This document shows positions 1 to 8,896 of a DNA stretch of 64,000 nt, piece by piece. The translations under genes and the position numbers were made by a program. Within the stretch, counting starts at the first letter, position 1. Each line of letters opens with the position of its first letter. Below the pieces are notes generated by a model. That model was not told where the DNA came from and did no database searches. It was given only the letters and a program-made list of their open reading frames with translations. Source of the stretch: Alphaproteobacteria bacterium (GTDB lineage Bacteria > Pseudomonadota > Alphaproteobacteria > UBA2966); assembly GCA_964291395.2 (NCBI GenBank), contig OZ219858.1, positions 544,001 through 608,000 on the forward strand, written 5' to 3'.

Positions 1-85
1 CTCATGACTTGATTCTATCGATCCCGTTTCATACTCTTCGCTGTGCCCCACGCGGGCTCGAAAACGACTGCACGCGAGGTGTGCG

Positions 86-994
86 ATGTGCGGAATCGCT
101 GGCGTCCTCTTCAAGAATCCCGGACTCAACGCGAAGCTCGGCGAGACCCTGATCGAAATGCTCGATGGGTGTCAGCACCGCGGACCCGATTCGACGGGAT
201 TCGCGCTGTACGGCGGCGACTCGGACGCCTCGGAGTTCGTCTTGCGGTTCCATGTCGGCACGGGGGACGAAGGTTCCGAGAACGTGGATCGCGTGGTACG
301 GGCGCTGAAGGAGTTCGAAGCCCAAATCATCGCCGGCGAGCACGTCGGCAGCACCTACCGGGTAACGGTGCGCTACGAAGGCGACGTCCAGAAATTCGCC
401 TACGCCATGGAGCATGCGGCGAAGCTGTTCTCCATCGGTAGCACCCTCGACATCGTCAAGGACATCGGCGGCGCCCACGACGTCGACGAGGTTTACGACG
501 TCCAATCGGTGGACGGCAGCCACGGCCTCGGGCACGTGCGTCTCGCCACGGAGTCCGACGTCAAGCCGGAAGCGGCGCACCCGTTCTGGGCCACCGGCTT
601 CTCCGATGTGGCGATCGTCCACAACGGTCAGATCACCAACTACTGGAAGATGCGCCGGTTGTTGGAACAGCGCGACTACGAGTTCCATACAGACAACGAT
701 TCCGAGCTCATCGCGGTCTACCTTGCCGACAAGCTCAAGCACGGAGATACCCTGAAGCAGGCCCTTGAGACCTCGATCGACGACCTCGACGGCACGTTCT
801 CGTTTCTCGTGTCGACCAAGGACGAGATGGGCTACGCCAAAGACCGTCTCGCCGCCAAACCGATGGTGCTCTACGAAAACCACGATCTCATCGCCATCGC
901 CTCGGAAGAGGTCTCTCTCAACCGCCTGTTTCCGGGTCAGGCCCTCGATACGACCGAACCGCCGCCTGGGACCTGCGCGACATGGTCACGGTAG
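86..994 (+). CDS. mgsA: Class II glutamine amidotransferase, N-methylglutamate synthase subunit A-like
   Basis: N-terminal MCGIAG (Ntn nucleophile Cys), HRGPDSTG, GHVRLATES, HNGQITN, TDNDSE; lies upstream of GltB-like and GlnT-type genes. Confidence 0.85.
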   Translation: MCGIAGVLFKNPGLNAKLGETLIEMLDGCQHRGPDSTGFALYGGDSDASEFVLRFHVGTGDEGSENVDRVVRALKEFEAQIIAGEHVGSTYRVTVRYEGDVQKFAYAMEHAAKLFSIGSTLDIVKDIGGAHDVDEVYDVQSVDGSHGLGHVRLATESDVKPEAAHPFWATGFSDVAIVHNGQITNYWKMRRLLEQRDYEFHTDNDSELIAVYLADKLKHGDTLKQALETSIDDLDGTFSFLVSTKDEMGYAKDRLAAKPMVLYENHDLIAIASEEVSLNRLFPGQALDTTEPPPGTCATWSR

Positions 995-2967
995 ACCTGA
1001 GCGAGCTGCCGGTCCGCGAAGCCAATGACCTGATCCGGAAGGCGGGCGCGGACGGCGAGGACGTCGAAGTCCTCAACCCGGATGCGCGGCACCACATCGG
1101 GGTCGGTTTGGCCCATCCCATCACGGTGCGCATTCGAGGATCGGCCGGCTATTTCTGCGCCGGTCTGACCGACGGACCGCGCTTCGAGGTCGAGAGCAAC
1201 GTCGGCTGGGGCCTCGCCGACAACATGTACCAGGGTTCCGTGGTCGTCGGCGGCAATGCCAGCGCCATTCCCGCCGTCGCCATCCGCGGCGCCGAGGTCG
1301 TGGTCAAGGGGAACATGGGTTCGCGCGCCGGCCAGGTCATGAAGGAGGGCACGCTGCTCTGCGGCAAGAACGCAAACTTCATGGCCGGCTACATGATGTA
1401 CGGCGGGCGTATCGTGATTCTCGGCGATTCCGGTGAGCGCGTGGGCGAAGACATGACCGGCGGCGAGATCTTCGTCGGCGGCAAGATCCAGTCGCTGGGT
1501 GCCGCGGCCATGCAGACCGACATGGAGAGCGCCGAGGACGACGAACTGCGCGCGCTTCTCGACAGGTACGAAATCCCTTTCGAGGGGACCTTCAGCAAGA
1601 TCGTCAACGAAGGCGGCAATCTGCGCTATGGCAACCCGGAGCCGCGGCGCCGGGCCATCCCGTTCTTCACCTTCTCGGGTAAGTCGAGCTACTGGAACGA
1701 GAAGGTCCAGGAGGACATCTACATCAAATCCAAGATCGGTCGTTACCGCATCCGGGGTTATGGCGGTGCGCGGGCGTTGCCGCATCTCAACGACATAGCG
1801 TTCAAGAAGGACCTGAGCGCCGCCGGCAGCGAGACAGACGCCGTCAGCAAGGTCAACCTGCACACCGAAGTCGGCGGGCGCCACGGGGCCAAACCGCTGA
1901 GACTTTCCATGCCGGTGATGATCTCGCCGATGAGCTATGGAGCGCTGAGCAAGTCGACCAAGCTTGCCATGGCCAAGGCCGCGGCCATGGTCGGAATCTC
2001 GGAGAATACCGGCGAAGGCGGGATGATGGACGAGCAGCGCGAAGCCGCCGATCAGCTCATCTTCCAGATGCTGTCGGGGCGCTTGGGTTGGAACGTCCAC
2101 GACATGCAGCGGGCCGATGGTCTTGAGATCTATATCAGCCAAGGCGCCAAGCCCGGGTTCGGCGGCCAGCTTATGGCGGCCAAGGTCACCGAGGAGATCG
2201 CGCGGATCCGTGGCATTCCCCACGGCATCGACCTGCGCTCGCCGTCACGCCACCCGGACATTCTCGGTGCCGACGATCTGGTCATCAAGATCGAGGAGAT
2301 GCGCGAAGCCACGGGCTATCGCATCCCGGTCGCCGTCAAGCTCGGTGCCGGACGCGTGCGCGACGACATCAAGATTGCCGTGAAGGACGGCTTCGATTTC
2401 ATCGAGCTCGACGGCATGCAAGGCTCCACCGGAGCGGCCGGCAATGAGGTGCTCGATTATTGCGGCATCCCGACCATCTCCGCCATCCAGGAGGCCGAGG
2501 AGGCGCTCGCGGACATCGGCCGCCGTCAAGACGTCGACATCGTGCTCATGGGCGGCATCAAGGACGGAATCGATACCGTGAAGGCCTTGGCGTTGGGGGC
2601 CGACGCCATCGGCATGGGAACCTCGGCGATCATCGCCGCGGGCTGTATCGCCTGTATGCAGTGCCACGTCGGTTCCTGCGTCGTCGGGATCGCCACGCAG
2701 GACCCCGAACACGAGAAGCGCTACAACGTGGATATCGAGGCACGGAATGCGGCGCGGTTCCTTGAGAGCGTCCGCTGGCAGATCGCGGCGCTGACCCGTG
2801 CGCTCGGTTACGACGATATCCGCCAGCTCAATCGTGAGGACCTGGTGGCGCTGACGCCCGAGGCGGCGGCCATAACCAAGCTTCCCTACGCGCCGGAGTA
2901 CCGCTCCGGCGAACACCAGATTCAGGAGACCGTGGGCATTCAACGCTCCGGGTCACAGCTCCAGTGA
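982..2967 (+). CDS. Fusion of GXGXG (MgsB/GlxC-like) domain and FMN-binding glutamate-synthase (MgsC/GlxD-like) domain
   Basis: N-terminal GXGXG repeats (GSAGYFCAG, MKEGTLLCG, MTGGEIFVGG); C-terminal PMSYGALS, NTGEGG, QGAKPGFGG, DLRSPSRHPD, VKLGA, and Fe-S motif CIACMQCHVGSC. Confidence 0.9.
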   Translation: MVTVDLSELPVREANDLIRKAGADGEDVEVLNPDARHHIGVGLAHPITVRIRGSAGYFCAGLTDGPRFEVESNVGWGLADNMYQGSVVVGGNASAIPAVAIRGAEVVVKGNMGSRAGQVMKEGTLLCGKNANFMAGYMMYGGRIVILGDSGERVGEDMTGGEIFVGGKIQSLGAAAMQTDMESAEDDELRALLDRYEIPFEGTFSKIVNEGGNLRYGNPEPRRRAIPFFTFSGKSSYWNEKVQEDIYIKSKIGRYRIRGYGGARALPHLNDIAFKKDLSAAGSETDAVSKVNLHTEVGGRHGAKPLRLSMPVMISPMSYGALSKSTKLAMAKAAAMVGISENTGEGGMMDEQREAADQLIFQMLSGRLGWNVHDMQRADGLEIYISQGAKPGFGGQLMAAKVTEEIARIRGIPHGIDLRSPSRHPDILGADDLVIKIEEMREATGYRIPVAVKLGAGRVRDDIKIAVKDGFDFIELDGMQGSTGAAGNEVLDYCGIPTISAIQEAEEALADIGRRQDVDIVLMGGIKDGIDTVKALALGADAIGMGTSAIIAAGCIACMQCHVGSCVVGIATQDPEHEKRYNVDIEARNAARFLESVRWQIAALTRALGYDDIRQLNREDLVALTPEAAAITKLPYAPEYRSGEHQIQETVGIQRSGSQLQ

Positions 2968-5498
2968 GTGTTCAAGGAACGCCGACGCGGGTGAACGTCG
3001 AGTACCCGCCCGAACTCCTCGACGACACCGACGACACCGACTTCGTGCCGGCGCCCTGTCAGGTGGCCTGCCCCATCGGCACGGATGCGCCGTCCTACAT
3101 CGCCTACATCTGGGAAGACAAGGTCGAAGAGGCCTTCGAGGCGATCACCGCCACCAATCCGTTCAGTTCCATCTGCGGCCGGGTTTGCGATGCCCCGTGC
3201 GAGCCGGCCTGCCGCCGCGCCGACTCCGACGGCCCCCTGGCGATCCGCAATCTCAAGCGCTTCGTCATGGATCAGCTCGGAAAGGATCACCATCTGCCTC
3301 CCGTCGAGGTCACGAAGGACAAGACGGTGGGCATCGTCGGTTCGGGGCCGGCGGGCATGACCGCCGCGCAGGACCTGGCCGAGGCGGGCTACGAAGTGCA
3401 CCTCTACGAGATGACCGACCGCCTCGGCGGCATGATGGTCTGGGGCATCCCGGCCTTCCGGCTTCCAGTGGGGATCATCCAGGAGGACATGGACCGAATC
3501 CTCAATCACTGCCCGGGCATCAAGGTGCACCTCAACACCGGGCTCGGACATGAGGTAACCCTCGAAGAGCTCAAGGAGCGGCACGAGGCGGTGTTGCTCT
3601 GCATCGGCTCCTGGTGGGGCAAGACCATGGGCGTGCCAGGCGATGAGGACCCGCGCGTCGTCGACGGCGTGTCCTTCCTGCGGCGCGTCAACGGCGGCGA
3701 ACGGCCCGAACTGCCCGAGACCGTCGTGGTCGTCGGTGGCGGTGACGTCGCCATGGATGCCTGCCGCGTGGCCAAGCGCCTGCCCGGCTGCAAGCACGTC
3801 AAGGTCGTCTATCGTCGGGGGCCGGAGCAGATTCCCGCCCGCAAGGACGAACTCCATGGCGCCATCAAGGAGGGCGTCGAGTTCGTCTACAACACGCAGC
3901 AGGTCGCCGTGGTGAAGAGCGGCAACGAGATCGCGCTACGTTGCGTCATCACCAAGATGGGGGAGCCGGAAGAGGACGGCCGCCGAAGGGCCATCCCGGT
4001 TGAAGGGACGGAGCACGACATTCCCTGCGGCATGGTGATCTCCGCGGTCGGCCAGAAGGCGGAGAGCGACCACCTCGATCAGCTCGGTTTCATGGACTGG
4101 GACCGTATCCACGCCGACTTCGACTCGATGCGTACGGCGGACCCCAACGTTTTCGCCGCCGGAGACGGTGCCTTCGGGGGCTCGACCATCGTGATCGCCA
4201 TGAACCATGGCCATCGCGCGGCCTACTACGTGAAGGCCTATCTGGAAGGGAACGAGGTTCCTGCGTCCTACCGTACCCCCTACCGGACGCGCCGCGTGCC
4301 CGTCGCCCAGGACTCCAATTGGGAGCTTTTCCCGCGCCGGGAGCAGGAGTTCCACGGCCTCGGGGCGAACCCGGTGGCGTTTCCGGAGATCGAGTCGCGC
4401 TACGACGCGCAGACGGCGCGCGACGAGGCGGCGCGCTGCTACCGCTGCGATGCGGAGAACGGATCGGCCGACTACACGGTGTGGAACCGGGAGGATATCT
4501 TCGCCATGGCGCGCATGGCGCCGTCCGACGAGGCCAAGCAGCAGGCCATGCTGTTCAAGCGGATGCAGAACCGCGAGAATCCGTTTCCGGAGGATCGCCC
4601 GCCGACGATCGACGATCTGGTTTTCCTGTCGGCCAACCTCTCGCGCCTCGTGATCGATCCCTACCGCGATTCCTGTGTCACGGAAACCGGCATGATGGGC
4701 GGGTCCCTGGTGATGAAGTACCCCATGATGGTAACCGGCTTCGACGATGTGCCCGACGAGGTCCGCGAGGGACTGGCCGCAGGCATAACGGAACCCAATG
4801 TCGCCTACGTGGGCTTCCGCCGCCTGCACCGGAACGTGCCCTGGCTGCAGCTCGTCGTGCCGGGCGAGAGCGAGCCGGACCCGGACGCCATCGGCGTCGT
4901 CTACGTGACCGGAGAAACCTTCCGTCCCGTGCCGCCGGAACGAGCGAACGAGGGACAGGCCTTGGGCCTGGTGGTCCGCGGGTCCAACGTCGACGAGGCG
5001 GTGCCTTTCGCCCTCGACAGCGGTTTCGATCTTCTGGTCGTGGATTCGACGATCGGAATCGAGACCGCATGGCCGGAGCTTGAAGGCGCTCCCGATCTGT
5101 CGGCGGCACGCGACACGGTACGCAAGCTGCGCGCGCTGAAGCGCGAAGGCGACATCGAGATCGCCTACTTCGGCGGCATCCGGTCGGGGACCGACCTCGC
5201 CAAGCTGCTCGGCCTCGGCAGCCACGCCGGCATCGTCGGCGTCTCGATGGGCCTCGCGCTTGGCGGCGAGATCGTGCCGTCGGGCAATCGTCAGGCCATC
5301 GTTTTCCCGCCCGACCTGACGCACGAGGATCTGAGCACTGGCGCCGCCAACTATCTCAAGGCGTCCAACAGCGAGTGCTCGATGATGGCGCGCTGCGCCG
5401 GCAAGACGAACGTCCACAACATCGAGCCTGAAGATCTGCGCTCCATCACTATCGCGACCGCGGAAGCCACCGGCATTCTGCTTGCCGGCACGCAGTAG
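2964..5498 (+). CDS. GltD-like Fe-S/FAD NAD(P)H oxidoreductase fused to a degenerate FMN-glutamate-synthase-type C-terminal domain
   Basis: APCQVACP, ICGRVCDAPCEPAC, GSGPAG, GGGDVAMD, VYRR, FAAGD, EAARCYRC; C-terminal DDLVFLSANLSR, GGIRSGTDLAKLLGLG, GKTNVHNIEPEDL; GTGA overlap with upstream stop. Confidence 0.85.
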   Translation: MSVQGTPTRVNVEYPPELLDDTDDTDFVPAPCQVACPIGTDAPSYIAYIWEDKVEEAFEAITATNPFSSICGRVCDAPCEPACRRADSDGPLAIRNLKRFVMDQLGKDHHLPPVEVTKDKTVGIVGSGPAGMTAAQDLAEAGYEVHLYEMTDRLGGMMVWGIPAFRLPVGIIQEDMDRILNHCPGIKVHLNTGLGHEVTLEELKERHEAVLLCIGSWWGKTMGVPGDEDPRVVDGVSFLRRVNGGERPELPETVVVVGGGDVAMDACRVAKRLPGCKHVKVVYRRGPEQIPARKDELHGAIKEGVEFVYNTQQVAVVKSGNEIALRCVITKMGEPEEDGRRRAIPVEGTEHDIPCGMVISAVGQKAESDHLDQLGFMDWDRIHADFDSMRTADPNVFAAGDGAFGGSTIVIAMNHGHRAAYYVKAYLEGNEVPASYRTPYRTRRVPVAQDSNWELFPRREQEFHGLGANPVAFPEIESRYDAQTARDEAARCYRCDAENGSADYTVWNREDIFAMARMAPSDEAKQQAMLFKRMQNRENPFPEDRPPTIDDLVFLSANLSRLVIDPYRDSCVTETGMMGGSLVMKYPMMVTGFDDVPDEVREGLAAGITEPNVAYVGFRRLHRNVPWLQLVVPGESEPDPDAIGVVYVTGETFRPVPPERANEGQALGLVVRGSNVDEAVPFALDSGFDLLVVDSTIGIETAWPELEGAPDLSAARDTVRKLRALKREGDIEIAYFGGIRSGTDLAKLLGLGSHAGIVGVSMGLALGGEIVPSGNRQAIVFPPDLTHEDLSTGAANYLKASNSECSMMARCAGKTNVHNIEPEDLRSITIATAEATGILLAGTQ

Positions 5499-5610
5499 GC
5501 AGTCGTCGCATTCGAGTCCGATGTAGACCCACCTCTATTTTCCTGCCGTGGCGAAGTTCCTAAACTGCGGCACATCACGAGACAGCGAAAACATCAGGGA
5601 GGGAGTTGAT

Positions 5611-6930
5611 ATGGCTGTCGATCTGGCCAAGGTCGCGAAAGACCGGAAGATCAAATATTTCCTCGTCAGTTTTGTCGATCTGTTTGGCGGCTTGCGGGCG
5701 AAGCTGGTGCCCGCCCGTGCGATCGGGGACATGCAGAAGGAAGGTGCCGGCTTCGCCGGCTTCGCGGCTTGGCTCGACATGACGCCCGCCGATCCGGACA
5801 TGTTCGGCGTGCCCGATCCCGACAGCCTCATTCAGCTTCCCTGGAAGAAGGACGTCGCGTGGGTCGCGGCCGACCTCTGGATGAATGGCAAGGAGGTCGA
5901 GGCCTCGCCCCGCATCATCTTGAAGCGCCAGATCGAGAAGGCCGCCAAGAAAGGCTACCGCCTCAAAACCGGCGTCGAATGCGAATACTTCCTGGTCATG
6001 CCGGATGGTACGGCGATCTCCGATCCCTTCGATACTCAGGAGAAACCTTGTTACGACCAGCAGGCCCTGATGCGGCGCTACGACGTCATCAGCGAGATCT
6101 GCGATGCGATGAACGAACTGGGCTGGGGGCCCTACCAGAACGACCACGAGGACGCGAATGGCCAGTTCGAGATGAACTGGGACTATTCGGACTGCCTGAC
6201 AACGGCGGACCGGCATGCGTTCTTCAAGTTCATGGTCAAATCCGTCGCCGAGAAGCATGGCCTGCGGGCGACGTTCATGCCGAAGCCCTTTGTCAGCCTG
6301 ACGGGCAATGGCTGCCACTGCCACGCATCGCTTTGGGACAAGGCAGGCCGCAAGAACCTTTTCCTCGACAACAAGGACGAGATGGGGCTGTCGAAGCTCG
6401 CCTACAACTTCCTCGGCGGAGTTCTCAATTCGGCGGGTCCCCTGTGTGCCTTTTTCAATCCGACGGTGAACTCCTACAAGCGCATCAACGCACCCGCCAC
6501 GTTGTCGGGCGCCAGCTGGTCGCCGAACTCGGTGACCTACGGCGGGAACAACCGGACCCACATGGTTCGAATTCCGGATGCCGGCCGCTTCGAATTCCGC
6601 CTCATGGATGGGTCGGCCAACCCGTATCTGCTCCAGGCCGGCCTGCTGGCCACGGGTCTCGACGGCATTCAGAACAAGCGGGATCCGGGCAAGCGGCTCG
6701 ACGTCAACATGTACGAGTACAGGCGGGCCTCGGAGCTTCGCCGCCTGCGTATACGGAAGCTGCCGCTGAACCTCCTCGACGCCCTGCGTCTGCTCGACAA
6801 GAGCAAGATCATCCGTGCCGGGATCGGCGACGAGTCGGTCGACAGCTACGTCAAGCTGCGGATGAACGACTGGCTGAGCTACGCCGGCCACCTTACCGAC
6901 TGGGAGCGCGAGCACACGCTCGACTGCTGA
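5611..6930 (+). CDS. gmaS: GlnT-type glutamine-synthetase-family protein, probable gamma-glutamylmethylamide synthetase
   Basis: RAKLVP, GAGFAGFAAW, KPCYDQQALMRRY, YQNDHEDANGQFEMN, TFMPKPF, NNRTHMVR, C-terminal WEREHTLDC; RBS GGGAG before ATG 5611; adjacent to mgs genes. Confidence 0.85.
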   Translation: MAVDLAKVAKDRKIKYFLVSFVDLFGGLRAKLVPARAIGDMQKEGAGFAGFAAWLDMTPADPDMFGVPDPDSLIQLPWKKDVAWVAADLWMNGKEVEASPRIILKRQIEKAAKKGYRLKTGVECEYFLVMPDGTAISDPFDTQEKPCYDQQALMRRYDVISEICDAMNELGWGPYQNDHEDANGQFEMNWDYSDCLTTADRHAFFKFMVKSVAEKHGLRATFMPKPFVSLTGNGCHCHASLWDKAGRKNLFLDNKDEMGLSKLAYNFLGGVLNSAGPLCAFFNPTVNSYKRINAPATLSGASWSPNSVTYGGNNRTHMVRIPDAGRFEFRLMDGSANPYLLQAGLLATGLDGIQNKRDPGKRLDVNMYEYRRASELRRLRIRKLPLNLLDALRLLDKSKIIRAGIGDESVDSYVKLRMNDWLSYAGHLTDWEREHTLDC

Positions 6931-6944
6931 ACCGCCGAGCTCCG

Positions 6945-6974
6945 ACACGGAGAGCGGCCGGCCGTTCTCCGTGT
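6945..6974. terminator. GC-rich hairpin between convergent gmaS and zur
   Basis: ACACGGAGAGCGGCC/GGCCGTTCTCCGTGT inverted repeat with one mismatch; no U-tract. Confidence 0.45.
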
Positions 6975-7077
6975 TCGGCGATTTCGCTCGCCCGCGTCGA
7001 GTGCCGCCTGGCCATTACGCCGGACGCTCCCGCCGTGCACCTCGATCAACCGTTCGGGTGGGGTTTCATGACGCGTG

Positions 7078-7578
7078 TCAGGTCTGCGCCCGTTCACGGC
7101 ACTCGCCGCACAGCCCGGTCACCTCGATGGTCTGCTGGCTGATGCGGAATCCGAGAGCATCCGCCTTCTCGCGTATGAGCTTGCTGATGGCCGGGTCTTC
7201 CATCTCGGCCACCCGGCTGCAGTTCCCGCAGATGAGGAATTGCCCGTTGTGCGCGTGCTCGGGCTCGCCGCATCCGACATAGGCGTTGAGGGACTCGATG
7301 CGATGGACGAAACCGTTTTCGACGAGAAAGTCGAGTGCTCTGTACACCGTCGGCGGATCGGCCCGGCGCCCGTCACCCCGCAGGGCATCCAAGAGATCGT
7401 AGGCGCCGACCGGCATGTGATGCTGCCAGACCAGTTCCAGGACTCTCCGCCGCAGCGGAGTCAGGCGCAATTCCCGCTCCCGGCAAACAGCGGACGCGAT
7501 TTCCAACGCCGCGGCGATACATGCTTCGTGGTTGTGATCGTTTGGCCTGAAATCGCTGAGCACGCTCTTGTCCGTCAC
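7078..7578 (-). CDS. zur: Fur-family regulator, Zur type
   Basis: HNHEAC N-terminus, RLTPLRRRVL, PPTVYRALDFL, HRIESLNAY, QFLICGNC, GLCGEC. Confidence 0.85.
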   Translation of the reverse strand: MTDKSVLSDFRPNDHNHEACIAAALEIASAVCRERELRLTPLRRRVLELVWQHHMPVGAYDLLDALRGDGRRADPPTVYRALDFLVENGFVHRIESLNAYVGCGEPEHAHNGQFLICGNCSRVAEMEDPAISKLIREKADALGFRISQQTIEVTGLCGECRERAQT

Positions 7579-7652
7579 AATCTCTCTCCGGGATGAGTGA
7601 GGGGAGCTGACCGATCCAAGATTTTACACTATATCCTCCACAATTTATATTT

Positions 7653-7672
7653 ATGTTATATCGTATTATTAC
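7653..7672. promoter_or_regulatory. Putative Zur box in AT-rich divergent promoter
   Basis: ATGTTATATCGTATTATTAC contains the TGTTATA half-site; lies between zur and a znuA-like remnant. Confidence 0.55.
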
Positions 7673-7700
7673 TGTGAGCCGCCGACCGGTGGGATGGACC

Positions 7701-7915
7701 ATGTTCATGCACGGCAGCGTCAAAGCATGGACGGTCACGCTCTTGATCTTTGCCTCCTGATTCTGACGTGTGGCACCGGCGAAGCGGATGCGTTTGCTGA
7801 GGCCGCCGAGGGTGGGCCGTCACCCCACGGCTGCTCCCTGCGGCCTTCGGACGCGCGCGAACGCCTCGCCATCACCGCGGCGTGAGTTCTCGCGGAGGTC
7901 CTGATCCGCCTGATT
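7701..7915 (+). pseudogene. Eroded znuA-like zinc-binding protein remnant
   Basis: Broken signal-peptide-like start, then GGPSPHGCSLRPSDAR (7811-7858) resembling the ZnuA GASPHxYSLRPSDA motif; divergent from zur. Confidence 0.6.
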
Positions 7916-8053
7916 TGCCTTGTCGCCTCCTTTGGATCCAAGAGGGTCGGTTGCGAACCCGTGCCGAATTCGTCATAAGTTGAGGCATATCGGCGGCCGC
8001 GCGGGAACGGCGGCGTGGCTGCCTCAGCCATACAATGATCGAGAGGGTACGAG

Positions 8054-8812
8054 ATGGAACTACAGCTCAAAGACCGGCCATGCCTGGTGACTGGCGCGGG
8101 CACGGGCATTGGACGCGGCGTCGCCAAAATGCTCGCAGCCGAAGGCGCCAAGGTCGCCATCAACGGGAGGCGAGAGAACCTGTTGAACGAGCTCGCCGAT
8201 GAGATCGTGGCGGACGGCGGTGAACGGCCCACGATCATCGCCGAGGACGTCACCACGAAAGAGGCTCCCGAAGTCATCAGGAAGGCGGTGTATGACGCCT
8301 ATGGCCGGCTCGACGTTCTGGTCAATAATGTGGGAGCTGCCGCGGCGTCGCCGATGGATGCTCCCGACGAGGTCTGGGACAACCTCTTCAACATGAATTT
8401 CGTCCCGACGCGGCGGCTGACGAGCGCTTTCCTTCCGGGCATGCAGGAACAGAAGTTCGGCCGCATCGTCAATCTGACGGGCACCCAGGAGCCTCCGGCG
8501 GCCAGCGCATCGACTGCCGCAAAGGCTGCCGTTCAGGCTTGGTCCAAAGGGCTCGCCAACCAGGCAGGTGCCGATGGAATCACCTCCAACTGCGTTTGTC
8601 CCGGGCGGATCATGAGCGAGCAGGTCGTGGAACGGCTGTATCCTACCGAGGAAAGCCGTCAGCAGTTCGCGGAAGCGAACATTCCCATGGGATATTTCGG
8701 CGAACCGGAAGACATCGCCTGCATGATCGTGTTCCTGTGCTCGCCCATCGCGCGTTACGTCACGGGAACCGTGATCGAAGTGGATGGCGGAATGAAGCGC
8801 TATTCGCACTAG
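8054..8812 (+). CDS. SDR-family oxidoreductase
   Basis: TGAGTGIG, LVNNVG, SxxxK in place of YxxxK, NCVCPG, VTGTVIEVDGG. Confidence 0.9.
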   Translation: MELQLKDRPCLVTGAGTGIGRGVAKMLAAEGAKVAINGRRENLLNELADEIVADGGERPTIIAEDVTTKEAPEVIRKAVYDAYGRLDVLVNNVGAAAASPMDAPDEVWDNLFNMNFVPTRRLTSAFLPGMQEQKFGRIVNLTGTQEPPAASASTAAKAAVQAWSKGLANQAGADGITSNCVCPGRIMSEQVVERLYPTEESRQQFAEANIPMGYFGEPEDIACMIVFLCSPIARYVTGTVIEVDGGMKRYSH

Positions 8813-8896
8813 TGTGGATGGATCGACGTTCCTGCGTTTTGTGCGGTTGGGCCGTGAATCAGGTATAAGGACGGGTTTCGGAGGGCCGAAAACGTA

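Noticed and set aside
5611-6930. Ordinary glutamine synthetase GlnA
   Set aside because: GlnT/GmaS-type motifs and mgs context; lacks GSI features such as the FDGSS motif
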